Below are positions 40,301-61,522 of a stretch of DNA of 64,000 bases, piece by piece (the stretch's first letter is position 1; each line of letters begins with the position of its first letter). Below the pieces are notes generated by a model. It did no database searches. It had not been told where the DNA came from and worked only from the letters and a program-made list of their open reading frames with translations. The stretch is taken from the NCBI GenBank assembly GCA_040954595.2, contig CM082591.2, positions 4,263,957-4,327,956 of the forward strand, in the 5' to 3' direction. The stretch is from Balanoglossus misakiensis. Taxonomy: Eukaryota > Animalia > Hemichordata. The position numbers were made by a program, and so were the translations under genes.

Positions 40301-40585
40301 TTATGCATATTACCAACCTTCGCCTAAGGTAAAGCTGAATTGTTCGCCCCTATCTCGACTGGAATCAAACTTGGTGCCGTCAAGGAGTGTCCCAACGTAG
40401 TGCACCTCCACGTGATCGCCCTTGATCGGCGTTTCTGCGCCTTGACCTTCTTTGATGATGGATTTCAAGACCCCACCGTCTTCGTTCGGTGTGATGTCTT
40501 CGCCCTTGCCCGCCATAGGATGCGGAACCGGTGCGCTTGCCTCGGACGCGGCGCCGGTCTCCATTTCTTGTTCACCTTCTGCCAT
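37326..40585 (-). CDS. FKBP4: FKBP52/51-type peptidyl-prolyl isomerase, Hsp90 co-chaperone (FK1-FK2-TPR); exons ~40585-40317, 40207-40113, 39592-39431, 39294-39226, 39069-38892, 38666-38391, 37951-37772, 37496-37326
   Basis: [12 protein letters not shown]; [19 protein letters not shown]; [16 protein letters not shown]; [15 protein letters not shown]; AKEPWEMD; [13 protein letters not shown]; KGYFRRG; [11 protein letters not shown]; [11 protein letters not shown]. Confidence 0.95.
38176..38300 (-). ncRNA. SNORD22: Intronic box C/D snoRNA, U22-like (copy A)
   Basis: Minus (host-sense) strand: gtgtc-ATGATGA ... gtgt-CTGA-acat with a terminal stem, ~125 nt, internal stems, and TGAACCCACTGG as recalled from vertebrate U22. 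Confidence 0.68.
38791..38884. mobile_element. ~90-bp piggyBac-like mini-MITE (TTAA-CC...GGG-TAAA)
   Basis: Terminal inverted motif; inverted homolog at 43539-43633. Confidence 0.55.
39813..39937 (-). ncRNA. SNORD22: Intronic box C/D snoRNA, U22-like (copy B)
   Basis: Near-identical to copy A, in a different FKBP4 intron, with boxes C and D intact and a similar ~220-nt distance to the 3' splice site. Confidence 0.68.
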
Positions 40586-41045
40586 GTTTTTGCTACTGAT
40601 TACGTGTACCCCACTAGCCGCTGCAAATGACAGGGGGAAATGATTTCAAAATGGGCGCAATTATCAGCCCGACAAATCACGGGTTACCAGCAAGGCATGG
40701 GTACAATACCCGGCGTGTGTGGCGGTTGGAATAAACGCTTCCGGGTGTCGAGACAATGAACATCACCCGGCATGGCGGCGGACGAAATCACAGGTCACTC
40801 ACCAAGATCTCTCTGCGAGTCTAAAACTCAAAACAACAGGTATGATCACGCTTCAGCCACACGTGAGAGTAACACCCCAATGGCGATCTTCACCTGCTGA
40901 ATAAGAGAGTATCCTCCTACGCGATCACGCTAACAATCACTATACAATAACTTGACGCCACAACCATGTGAGCTGTGTTAGAAATCTACATCAATCAATG
41001 GCTTCACCACGTGAGGGCGCATTTGGCATAATTTGCATATCACTT

Positions 41046-41060
41046 AGAAGTTTCTGGAAT
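41046..41060. promoter_or_regulatory. Heat shock element (nGAAnnTTCnnGAAn) upstream of FKBP4
   Basis: aGAAgtTTCtgGAAt is a perfect 3-pentamer HSE, ~250 bp above the inferred 5'UTR intron donor (~40802). Confidence 0.7.
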
Positions 41061-41314
41061 TGCTCGGGAAGAAGGAAAATAGACCGCAATTGAAAGGAAA
41101 CTCTGGCGATTTTTCAACATTCGCGGTGTAGAATACTGCAGCGAAGTGTTTCAAAGGAATACAGCACACAATGCTACAAATATTATGTTTGGTTTTATTT
41201 TCTTTTCTTTAAATAATTATTTACAAACAGACTCCAGTATTCGATCAAACTTCAGTATGATGTGTGCGTCGACTTATGCAAGAGATGGGTTTCACTCAAG
41301 TGCGGGATTGTTTG

Positions 41315-44300
41315 TCAGCTGTGATCTCCAGTCATTTTGCATATCCCACTAATGAAATCTTGTAAATGTTTATTGCTGTGCGAGGTAGACTTCAGGTGTG
41401 ACAGCGCCCCTACAAGATCATCGTGCCAATATCTCACACCTGTGAAATGAGAACATGTATACATATTAGATTTTTAGTGATGAAGCAAGACAAGTAATAC
41501 TCAAACCATGACTTTTGTCTTGAAATTCTGTCCTTAATAGAGAGGTGTCCTGATTAGACAGGTGTCTGTAATGAAAGACTTCACTGAAGTCAAAATGCAT
41601 CGAATCAAACTCACATTTTACACTCTGTATGATTTGTTCCCTCACATCTCCACTTAACCAGTCGGCCTCTCCGTTGATAACCAGGTCTGAAATGCACCCA
41701 TTCTTTGTATGGAGACACACAGACACATCAGCGAAATCCTTAGTGACCTTGAACTTGGGAGTGCTGCCATAGATCCATTGCCACTGCTGGGGGTGGGGGT
41801 AGAATAAAAGAGTTTCACTGAAGGAGAACTAGTATGCTGTCAGAAACTTTCGTTTATTGTCGAGAAAAAAAAGATTTTGTAGAGATGGATAATTGCTCTA
41901 ATCTCCACACTTCAAGCATTGCCATTTTCACATGAGAGTTGTCATGGAGACATGATGGTGCTACACTCACCATCAGCTGATTCCTGAGTTGTGTAATTCC
42001 CAAATAGCTGTGCTCATCAGTCGGGGAAAATTCATAAATCTGTGAAGAAAAGATCCCAAAAATGGTTTAATAACAAATGTCAAGTCTTGTGCTTCACATG
42101 TACACAAACATTTGAACATGCTTTAGCCACACTGAGGTTGTTACACACAACAAATAACTGTCAAAAGGTTACAGAACTGCCCCTTAAACTATGCACTCAA
42201 AAACACATTGGAAACACTGACATACAAACAGAGCTTTATGGACCCACAGATAATGTATGATGTGATAATAACCTTTCTTTCATGGCTAGCTGGGTAAACC
42301 TTGTAGAACTCTTCCGCAATGGCTTCTGATAAAGTTTCAAAACTGATAGAGGGTTCGACCTCAGTGAGGTTCTTCACCTTTGACCTCACACTCTCTGTGG
42401 CTTTGCTGTCGATGCCAGGCTGGTCAAGAAGACAAAGAACATGTTTCATTAGTGCAGACATTTGGTCAAAGAATTATATATCATTTGCCATGATGTACAA
42501 TGTAATACAAAGTAACAACATTCTTTACAATGTTCATTGTAACAGTTACACTACAGTGTAATACAAAGTAACAACTGCATTGTATGAAAGGATGTACCAT
42601 TGTAGCTGTACTCCCTGACTACTCTGACTAGCCAGACTAGACGGCACCGAACCTCTTATGTCTGCATAAAATGCCAAGGGGCGGCTGCAGAGCCAGACAA
42701 GACTAGCTTACTGTGTGTGAATGCAGCAGGTCAGTCAGGAGAGTGGCATCCACATCAAACAGGAGCGTGCAGTGGTGATACGCATTGACTCTGCCTAGCT
42801 TTGCTGCTGAACCAGAAATCTGGTGTCTACTAAGGAATATAAAAATGCCACATCTAAATACAGGAGCTGTCTGATTGATTGATTGATTGATTATGTAGTA
42901 CTATTTTATTTCTTTATTTATTCATTCATTCATCCATCCATCCATTCCTCAATCAATTCATTCATTCATTTATTCCTTCCTTCCTCCATTCATCACTATC
43001 AACGACTTTGCAGGGCTGGTTTTAAATTCCAAAACTTTGCAGGAGTGAAAAACTATATGTCATATGTTAAGAGGTATTTAATATTGATGTCTGTCTCTCA
43101 CATATAATTATTTCATGAAGTTCAGAATGAGTAAATTAAAATAAGAGCTTGAACCTCTGCAAAAAGATACTTTGTAGTCTTTATTCAGCATCAGATCATC
43201 TCGATGAGACAGGCTGACGTCGATTCTTGGCCAGTAACTCTTTAGGGCTCTCATGACGAGCTGCAGGTTCGAGTGTCTGTCGTATTTCTTTCTTGGAGTG
43301 AAGAACGTGATGTTGAGATTACCGAGATCCTGTGAGATACACAGAAACCATTGCTGTTACATGTTTACATGTAAAAGCCTCAACAGCTGCTGTGTTTTTT
43401 TTTTCTATATATTATTTTCATGATTTTACTTTCAAATTCAGAATGGTTCATTAAGATGAGCTAGATGATGGGTATACAGAAACATGTTATTACGGTAACT
43501 GCTGATAGTGGCTGATTATTTAGATAGGAATGAGGTGGTTCAACCCTTTCACCCCCCAGTTCTATCTTTAGCGGTCCAACCTCACCATATAAGACAATAG
43601 GTTTGGACCGAACCACGGTGGTGAAAGGGTTAAATTTACTCACATGGAACACGGTTCCACCGCCACTCTTTCGGCGGGCGAGCTGCACATCTCCACGCTC
43701 CATCCTGGGCATGTTGCACTCCACCCATGGATTCTGGTGTCTGCCTATCACGACACTCGGATTATTCCTCCAGAGATAAAGTAAATAAACTTCTTCGAAA
43801 TCCATTTTCTCGTACGCCCTATCAATAGAAATGACCCATGATTATATAGGTAGCATGCAAGCACAACCACCTCGCAATTATTCAGTTCCTGGAAAGGAAA
43901 ACCGTTGTCTTTCAATACTGATGCAAGTAAAATATCTTACCAATCTTCAAAGGCGAGATTAGAATAGACATCTTGTGACACTGAGCTGTACACTATACCC
44001 TACAATTACAAAAAAATTAACAATAAATGGATGTATTTACCCAGGGAGATAAACTCGCTGTAGTATGTCGATCTCAAAAAGTAAACACACAAAAATAAAT
44101 CAGAAAGCGAGGGGTTCGGACGTTAAGAGAAGTTAATCGCATCACATTTGGAGTCGGTTGGGAGGTAGAAGTAGACAGGGAAAGAATTTTGCTTCGATAA
44201 AATCGAATTTCGGCCGAAAAGCTGCGGTCCGGATCCGGACCGCAGACGCACTAGTTTTGTCTATGGAGCCTTGCATGGCTCGAGCTCGAACTCCTTCATT

Positions 44301-44383
44301 ACCTTCCTAGTTTTGACTACTCCGGTCGCATATAGGCGTTTATGAAAAGCGCCAAAGCCACCAAGCCTTCTTAATAACACCAT
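41315..44383 (-). CDS. LIPT1: Mitochondrial lipoyltransferase 1, about 9 exons
   Basis: Arg-rich targeting peptide; [11 protein letters not shown]; [23 protein letters not shown]; [19 protein letters not shown]; [21 protein letters not shown]; [16 protein letters not shown]; [11 protein letters not shown]. Confidence 0.92.
43539..43633. mobile_element. ~90-bp piggyBac-like mini-MITE (AACCCTTTCACC...GGTGAAAGGGTTAA)
   Basis: 12-bp TIR; homologous to 38791-38884. Confidence 0.6.
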
Positions 44384-45147
44384 CCCTGCACATTACAATG
44401 GCTTGGTCCGAATTCAGATTTCACGTAAAACTCAAAACACCGGCACTTGAACAACCCATGGGAGCAGCCATCTTTGTTTTTCCCAAAACAGTCGCATGGT
44501 GGCGTTCTGATAGAACTTGTGACCTCGTGACCTTTGCCATTTGTTTACGGTTCAGAATAGGTTCAGAATTGAATTTACTTCCGGTTCAGTTCAACTCTCA
44601 ACAGTCGAAGTGATTGCACACAATATATGGACTCTACTCTTTCTATTTTTATTGATTAACTCATTGGATGAGGTCATATAAAACGCGAATTTCTAAACTG
44701 TCATGTAAATTGTACACAAGAACTTTGTAAAGGTTTCAATACACAGTAGCCAGAACTTTTGATATTTTCAACATTTTTCTTTCTCACAGAGCTTGCCGAT
44801 AATGCAACACTGAGAAAATCTCGTGAGATCCCACTGCTGATGTAAACCATCAATTGTACTCCTGATTTGAAATGTTACCCTAAGGTCATAGACATCGTTG
44901 CATCAAGTGTTCTGAGCAGGGGTTCAGCAAGATTATGGTCAGTGCATATATACACATCAATTATTCTGTTTGTCAGACTACTAGACTGTTAATATGCTTG
45001 TATGGATATTTTATTCATTAAACACTCCAGTCAACGTGTAAACTTCATGCAATTCATCTTTACCAAATAGAACTTTAAGCAAGGAGAAAATTTCAATATC
45101 GAGCATGATCTTCTCACGTGACCACGTGGAGTGATTTCCAAGGCAGG

Positions 45148-50189
<5,042 letters not shown>

Positions 50190-51590
50190 GGTTGTCTGAA
50201 ATAGCATGATGTTAGGTAATTATGTTATGGACACATCTTGACATTAACAAACAAATATCGCAGTAATGGTTTGGAAGTTTTGTACAGTAGCCAAAAGTAC
50301 ACGGAGGAAAAATGTCCGGGTTAGTTTGCAAACAAAATTACGCAGATAAGACCGCTGACGCCTTCCGACCGGAAATTACACAGACATTATGCACGACGAC
50401 CACTCCAAATAGACAACCGTACACGCGTGCAATCAATGCGAATCCCAGGCCCCTAGACCCCAGGAGGAGTCGCCCCAAAACCGCATTCAGCCAAACAGCG
50501 GTGTTTTTGCGATTTATATACACAGACTTATGCAATGTTAGTGCAGTTGGTAAAAGGATTTAAACATTTGTAGTGCGCAGAATACCGTCGACGACAAGTT
50601 AAACATACCTTTGCTGATGCCACTGCCCGAGTCACATACGATGGAAGTCGAACAGCCGAGTTAGCTCACAGACGCCTTCGTACAAAATGTACTAACTTTT
50701 CATTCGGTACAATGAATGAATGAATTTATAAACATTCAGTTGTTTCCATTGGTATTGAAATAGATTATGCCACGTTGCCAATTCCGTGCATATTAATTAT
50801 TTTGACAATAGAGAGAATGACCTACCTCATTCTTGATTACAGGGTAAACGAACGGGAGACTGAGATCAATCATCCTGACAACTGTGCCCACAAAATTAAA
50901 ACCACGAATAGAACATTTCTTTGTGTCTAATATGTTTTTTTCTCTCAAAGACCAAATTCCCGCTTTTTTAATTTGACCCCACATTAAGAAAATAGTTCTG
51001 GCGAAATTGTCTTGGCTAATTTTCCCATAGTGGTGTTTACACTGTCTTGTATATAACTTTTGAGGAGTTATTTTAAAGCTGAAATTTTGAAATTCTGTAC
51101 CCGTATATCAAAATCATACACGAAAAAACACCATGTACAAATTTGGGGACTTTGTACGAAGGTCATACATTCCCCCCTTTTTTACATTTAGTAACGGCCT
51201 AGATACTAACAGACATTCAATTTATTTTGTAATTGGTTTTCTGTTGTTGGAAACATACATTCATCAACAAATGTTGCTGGTACACAAAACCCTAATTAAA
51301 ATGCAAAAATAAACTGGAGGTTAGGCTAATGCAAATACCTCGTGTAAGACTAGAACGATTACAAACAACAATTGTCTGTCTCTCTCTCTGCCGCCGTCAA
51401 TACTCAACCTTTCATGAATAAAACTTTAGACCAATGATATGCTTACATATATATTTTATTCGTTTAATATTTCCAGATAACGATGTAATTCTACATTATC
51501 AAGGAAACCCACAACCAATGAAAATATCCAGGACAGTGACGAAGGTACAGTCTTCTCACGTTTCCCTGGGTAAAGTGGTTCCAAGGTAAG

Positions 51591-56503
<4,913 letters not shown>

Positions 56504-58024
56504 GGTTGTCTGAAACAACAGGATGTTTTAGATAGGAATATTATGAGAAATGTGGCTAGGTAGTCGATGACAATAGGAATAAAGTGGAAGTTCAACTCAT
56601 AGCATATGCCATTGGATCTTATGAGCAGGATATTATCTTTGTCTGCATCTAAAACTTGAAAAAACGAGTTTCATTAACTCAACTAATTACTGGATTGTAT
56701 GGTAATACCAAAATGACTGCATGTTTGGTATATACATCTAAGTTACAAGTCACATACATACCTTGGTGTTTCAGTACACAGTTGATGCAGTCTCACGCAG
56801 CTTGTCACCGATGTCGAAGTGTAAACTTCCAATAACTGTTCTCTCTATACAGTGACTTATGATCTCGCCATGATGCATTGCACGTCCCAAAATAGTCCTA
56901 ATTAAAAAGTCTATGAATGTTAAATTTTCAATTTTACACCATTCTGATTGCTATGCATATTTTTCGGGAGAGCTGGAGACACAGCTCCATCTAAACACTA
57001 CCCGCAAAAATTACCTGGGCCTCAGGTCAGCAAACGGAGTCCAGTCATCATATATAATATGACATAAATAAACCGGCCTAAAAGTGTCAATATGGCCTAC
57101 ATTAGTTTAAGGTACACTGGAGTACTCAAAATGTGGAATATTGTCATTTTCCCGATTCTTATTGATATTGTATAGTAATGAATTTTAATTTAACAAAAAT
57201 AGAGAGATAACATCACATATAAGTCGTTATAATCAGAATCGACCATACATATAAAGGATTTCGGCCATATGGTTCATTGGTCTGGATTCTGAAGTTTTGA
57301 AATTAGGTTAAAACGTGAGAAAGAAACGACAATTGACATATATTGACATTTCGTTTTGAATTATTGACAGGAGATCAAAGTGTATCTTTACGAAAAAAAA
57401 TTGATCGAATTTCAGGATTTGTTCTGTAAGGGCAGTAAGAGCCTTGGCAGAACAGGTATCCTGAAGCAAATTACAATACAGGAAGTGCAGTAACTATCAG
57501 ACAAAGGCCGAGGAGACTGCCACCTGTGTAACAAGCAGCGTCTTGACAGAACTTGTTGACTAGACGACATACGGCGCCACACTAGTTCCGCCCTACGTGA
57601 TCTCTTGTTTATGTCTGTGTCAAAGGTGAGAGACTCTGACGCCGACGGGGTTCAAAGATTGAGGTTAAGTATATACAGTTGGTGTTGTACATGCCGCAAC
57701 GTTCCATGGGAGTTGCCCTCGACTACCTGCCATTTGCGTTCGACCTGCCATACGGTTGGTTAAGTAGGTCAGTGTCCCAGGATTGAAATTCAAGACTTGA
57801 GATTCACACGACTTCTCTGCCGTCCACTATCTCAACAGAGGTAAGCGGGATAGGGAGTTTGCCTTATTGGGTTAGTTTTGACGACAGATCCATACGTTTT
57901 CTCTATCATGCACCAGCAACAGCTCATTCACCACTGCTGGGGCATATCCGAGATTATTTGATGCTTAAAATAAAAAAACACGTTTATTTGTTTCACGTAG
58001 AATTTGAGCCGGTCCGACAAAGAA

Positions 58025-58825
58025 ATGGCTTGCCACTCACCATGCCAACCAGGGGACACTAGGGCAGACGAACAGACAGTAGGGGAAGACATCAAGATCA
58101 ACGAAGATCTAAAAGCGTATTTGAGCCGCCCCTCGGGACAGCCGCGAGGAGCTATCATCTTGATGAACGATGTCTTTGGTTATGCATTTCCTGCTAACCG
58201 TGTGGTTGCAGATGGCCTTGCAGCAAATGGTTATGTCTGCCTTATTCCAGACCTCTACAGGAGCGATCCATGGATCCCCGACATACGAGGTGATCCTAAA
58301 GATCCCACCTCGGGTTTTCCTGAGTGGCTGGGAAGCCACTCGCAGGACCGCATTGATGGAGACATGGACGCCTCGTTGGAATACCTGCGGGAACGACTTC
58401 ACATCTCCTCGGTGGGGGTGATCGGCTTCTGCTGGGGAGGGTACCAACTCATGTTGGCCAGTCGCAAATCTGCTGACAGGTTAAAAGCCGCCGTGGGTTT
58501 CTATGCGGTGAAGAACGCTCCCAACATGGCGGAAATCGCCCTCGCGATGAAAGCACCGACCTTGCTACTTTTCTGCGAATTTGACAAATGGATGTCGCTG
58601 GACACGATAGCTGAGATGGAAAACGCCTTGAAGCAAGCCAACCGTCTTGTCTCCAGCGTCAAGGATGACCCCTCCAAACTGGGCGGTGCACCTGTGAGGA
58701 TTAAAGTCTTCGGAGGCATGGAACATGCCTTCGCTCATCGGGGAGACAGATCAAACCCGGCCATAATGGCGGCAGCCAAGGAAGCATTTGACGACATGTA
58801 TGAATGGCTTAAAAAATACATGTAA
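58025..58825 (+). CDS. Dienelactone hydrolase family (carboxymethylenebutenolidase-like), copy 1; single coding exon with a 5'UTR intron ~57841-58000
   Basis: Nucleophile GFCWGG; NDVFG; PDLY; catalytic D (EFD) and H (HAFAHRG). Confidence 0.92.
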   Translation: MACHSPCQPGDTRADEQTVGEDIKINEDLKAYLSRPSGQPRGAIILMNDVFGYAFPANRVVADGLAANGYVCLIPDLYRSDPWIPDIRGDPKDPTSGFPEWLGSHSQDRIDGDMDASLEYLRERLHISSVGVIGFCWGGYQLMLASRKSADRLKAAVGFYAVKNAPNMAEIALAMKAPTLLLFCEFDKWMSLDTIAEMENALKQANRLVSSVKDDPSKLGGAPVRIKVFGGMEHAFAHRGDRSNPAIMAAAKEAFDDMYEWLKKYM

Positions 58826-60127
58826 AAATTATTAAGGTGTACACCACATCATTTTAGACCACAAATAAGCATATTTAGCCATTTCAAAATTTCCAATATT
58901 GTTTTATTTTGTCTTTATGATGACAACCACAGAAGCATTTGACAGCATGTATGAATGTTTGATAAATAAATACACGTGAATATTGCCATGCATACCTTGA
59001 TAGAAGAGTTTACGGTTTTCAGTTTTAATTCTGATCCTCAAACGACACTTTCATTCCGTTAATATGGTGAATGGTTAACTCATTCTGCTGTTACTGTGTT
59101 AGAGGGAGTTAAACAGACATGTATGTATGCTACGCCTGTATTCTTTACAGTCCTTATTCAGTCACTTATTCATGTGAACACCTTGATACTTTTCCACCAA
59201 TGATAGAACTTACCTTCTATTTGTTGATCTCAATTATATCTGCGATTGAGCTGGAGACACAGCTCAATCTAAACATTACCCGCAAAAATTACCTCGGCCT
59301 CAGGTCAGCAAACGGAGTCCAGTCATCATTTATCATATGACATAAATAAACCGGCCTAAAGTGTCAATATGGCCTAAATTAGTTTAAGGTATACTGGAGT
59401 ACTCAAAATGTGGAATATTGTCTTTTTCCTGATTCTTATTGATATTGTATAGTAATGAGATAACATCACATATAAGTCGTTATAATCAGAGTCGACCCTA
59501 AATATCAAGGATTTCGGCCATATTGTTCGTTCAAGTGGATTTTGAAGTTTTGAAATTAGGTGAAAAACGTGAGAAAGAAATGACAATTGACATATATTGA
59601 CATTTCGTTTTGAATTATTGAGAGGAGATCGAAGTGTATCTTAACGAAAAAAAATTGATCGAATTTCAGGATATGTTCTGTAAGGGCAGTAAGAGCCTTG
59701 ACAGAACAGGTATCCTGAAGCAAATTACAATACAGGAAGTGCAGCAACTATCAGACAAAGGCCGAGGAGACTGCCACCTGTGTAACAAGCAGCGTCTTGA
59801 CAGAACTTGTTGACTAGACGACATACGGCGCCACACTAGTTCCGCCCTACGTGATCTCTTGTGTATGTCTGTGTCAAAGGTGAGAGACTCCGACGCCGAC
59901 GGGGTTCAAAGATTGAGGTTAAGTATATACAGTTGGTGTTGTACACGCCGCAACGTTCCATGGGAGTTGCCCTCGACTACCTGCCATTTGCGTACGTTCG
60001 ACCTGCCATACGGTCGGTTAAGTAGGTCAGTGTCCCAGGATTGAAGTTCAAGACTTGAGATTCACACGACTTCTCTGCCGTCTACAATCACAACTGAGGT
60101 AAGCGGGAAAGGGAGTTTTCCTTATTG

Positions 60128-60538
60128 GGGTTAGCCTAATTCTAGATTCACGTTTCAAGTTTCACGTCTTGTCACGTCCTTTCGCCGTTTACATTGCATT
60201 CGCTTGATTCAGAATATAGGAATTAGTCCTTTTGCTTTAGTTATAGGTTGTAAAATATACCCGGACCCTAAACCTATCAATTATATCAGAATTACGAGAT
60301 ACCCGACAATGACGTCACGCGATAATCGAACAGAATATTTGGGGAACCTTGCTTGGGCGGGGATCGAGGACAATAAACAATCGTACGCACCCCTGGTTAC
60401 GGCAGCATAAACATATTAGACAAAGAGACTCGAATCTGAATCAGAATATAAGTTTAGTGAAGTGAATCGTGAATCCAAATTCACTGCTGAATCTTGGAAC
60501 GTGAAACTTGAAAAGTGAATCTTGAATTAGGCAAACCC
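60128..60538. mobile_element. 411-bp Mutator-like MITE in the 5'UTR intron of hydrolase copy 2
   Basis: ~40-bp TIRs GGGTTAGCCTAATTCTAGATTCAC.../...GTGAATCTTGAATTAGGCAAACCC; 9-bp TSD (t/g)CCTTATTG; empty site in copy 1 at ~57861. Confidence 0.9.
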
Positions 60539-60721
60539 GCCTTATTGGGTTAGTTTTGACGACAGATCCATACGTTTTCTCGTGGTTAATTTAATATCAT
60601 GCACCAGCAACAGCTCATTTACCACAGATTAAAGGCATATCCGAGATTATTTGATGCTTAAAATTAAAAAAAAAACACGTTTATTTGTTTTACGTAGAAT
60701 TTGAGCCGGTCCGACAAAGAA

Positions 60722-61522
60722 ATGGCTTGCCACTCACCATGCCAACCAGGAGACTCTAGGGCAGACGAACAGACAGTAGGGGAAGACATCAAGATCAACG
60801 AAGATCTAAAAGCGTATTTGAGCCGCCCCTCGGGACAGCCGCGAGGAGCTATCATCTTGATGAACGATATCTATGGTTATGAGTTTCCTGCTAACCGTGT
60901 GGTTGCAGATGGACTTGCAGCAAATGGTTATGTCTGCCTCATGCCAGACCTCTACAGGAGCGATCCATGGATCCCCGACATACGAGGTGATCCTAAAGAT
61001 CCCACCGTGGGGTTTTCCGAGTGGCTGGGAACCCATCCGCAGGACCGCGTCGACGGAGACATGGACGCCTCGCTGGAGTACCTGCGGGAACGATTTCACA
61101 TCTCCTCGGTGGGGGTGATCGGCTTCTGCTGGGGAGGGTACCAAATCATGTTGGCCAGTCGCAAATCCGCTGACAGGTTCAAAGCCGCCGTGGGCTTCTA
61201 TGCGGTGAAGTTCGCTCCCAACATGGCGGAAATCGCCCTCTCGATGAAAACACCGACCTTGCTACATTTTGGCGAACTGGACACATTGATGCCGTCGGAC
61301 ACGATAGCTGAGATGGAAAACGCCTTAAAGCAAGCCAACCGTCTTGTCTCCAGCGTCAAAGATGATCCCTCCAAGATGGATGGTGCACCTGTGAGGATTA
61401 AAGTCTTCAAAGGTATGGACCACGCCTTCGCTCATCGGGGAGACAGATCAAACCCGGCCATAATGGCCGCAGCCAAGGAAGCATTTGACGACATGTATGA
61501 ATGGCTTAAAAAATACATGTAA
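60722..61522 (+). CDS. Dienelactone hydrolase family, copy 2
   Basis: GFCWGG; NDIYG; ELD; HAFAHRG; ~90% identical to copy 1. Confidence 0.92.
   Translation: MACHSPCQPGDSRADEQTVGEDIKINEDLKAYLSRPSGQPRGAIILMNDIYGYEFPANRVVADGLAANGYVCLMPDLYRSDPWIPDIRGDPKDPTVGFSEWLGTHPQDRVDGDMDASLEYLRERFHISSVGVIGFCWGGYQIMLASRKSADRFKAAVGFYAVKFAPNMAEIALSMKTPTLLHFGELDTLMPSDTIAEMENALKQANRLVSSVKDDPSKMDGAPVRIKVFKGMDHAFAHRGDRSNPAIMAAAKEAFDDMYEWLKKYM

Noticed and set aside
58004-58024. ORF-track TTG starts (MSRSDKE) for the hydrolases
   Set aside because: Eukaryotic locus; the first ATG after the 5'UTR acceptor is at 58025 (60722 in copy 2).
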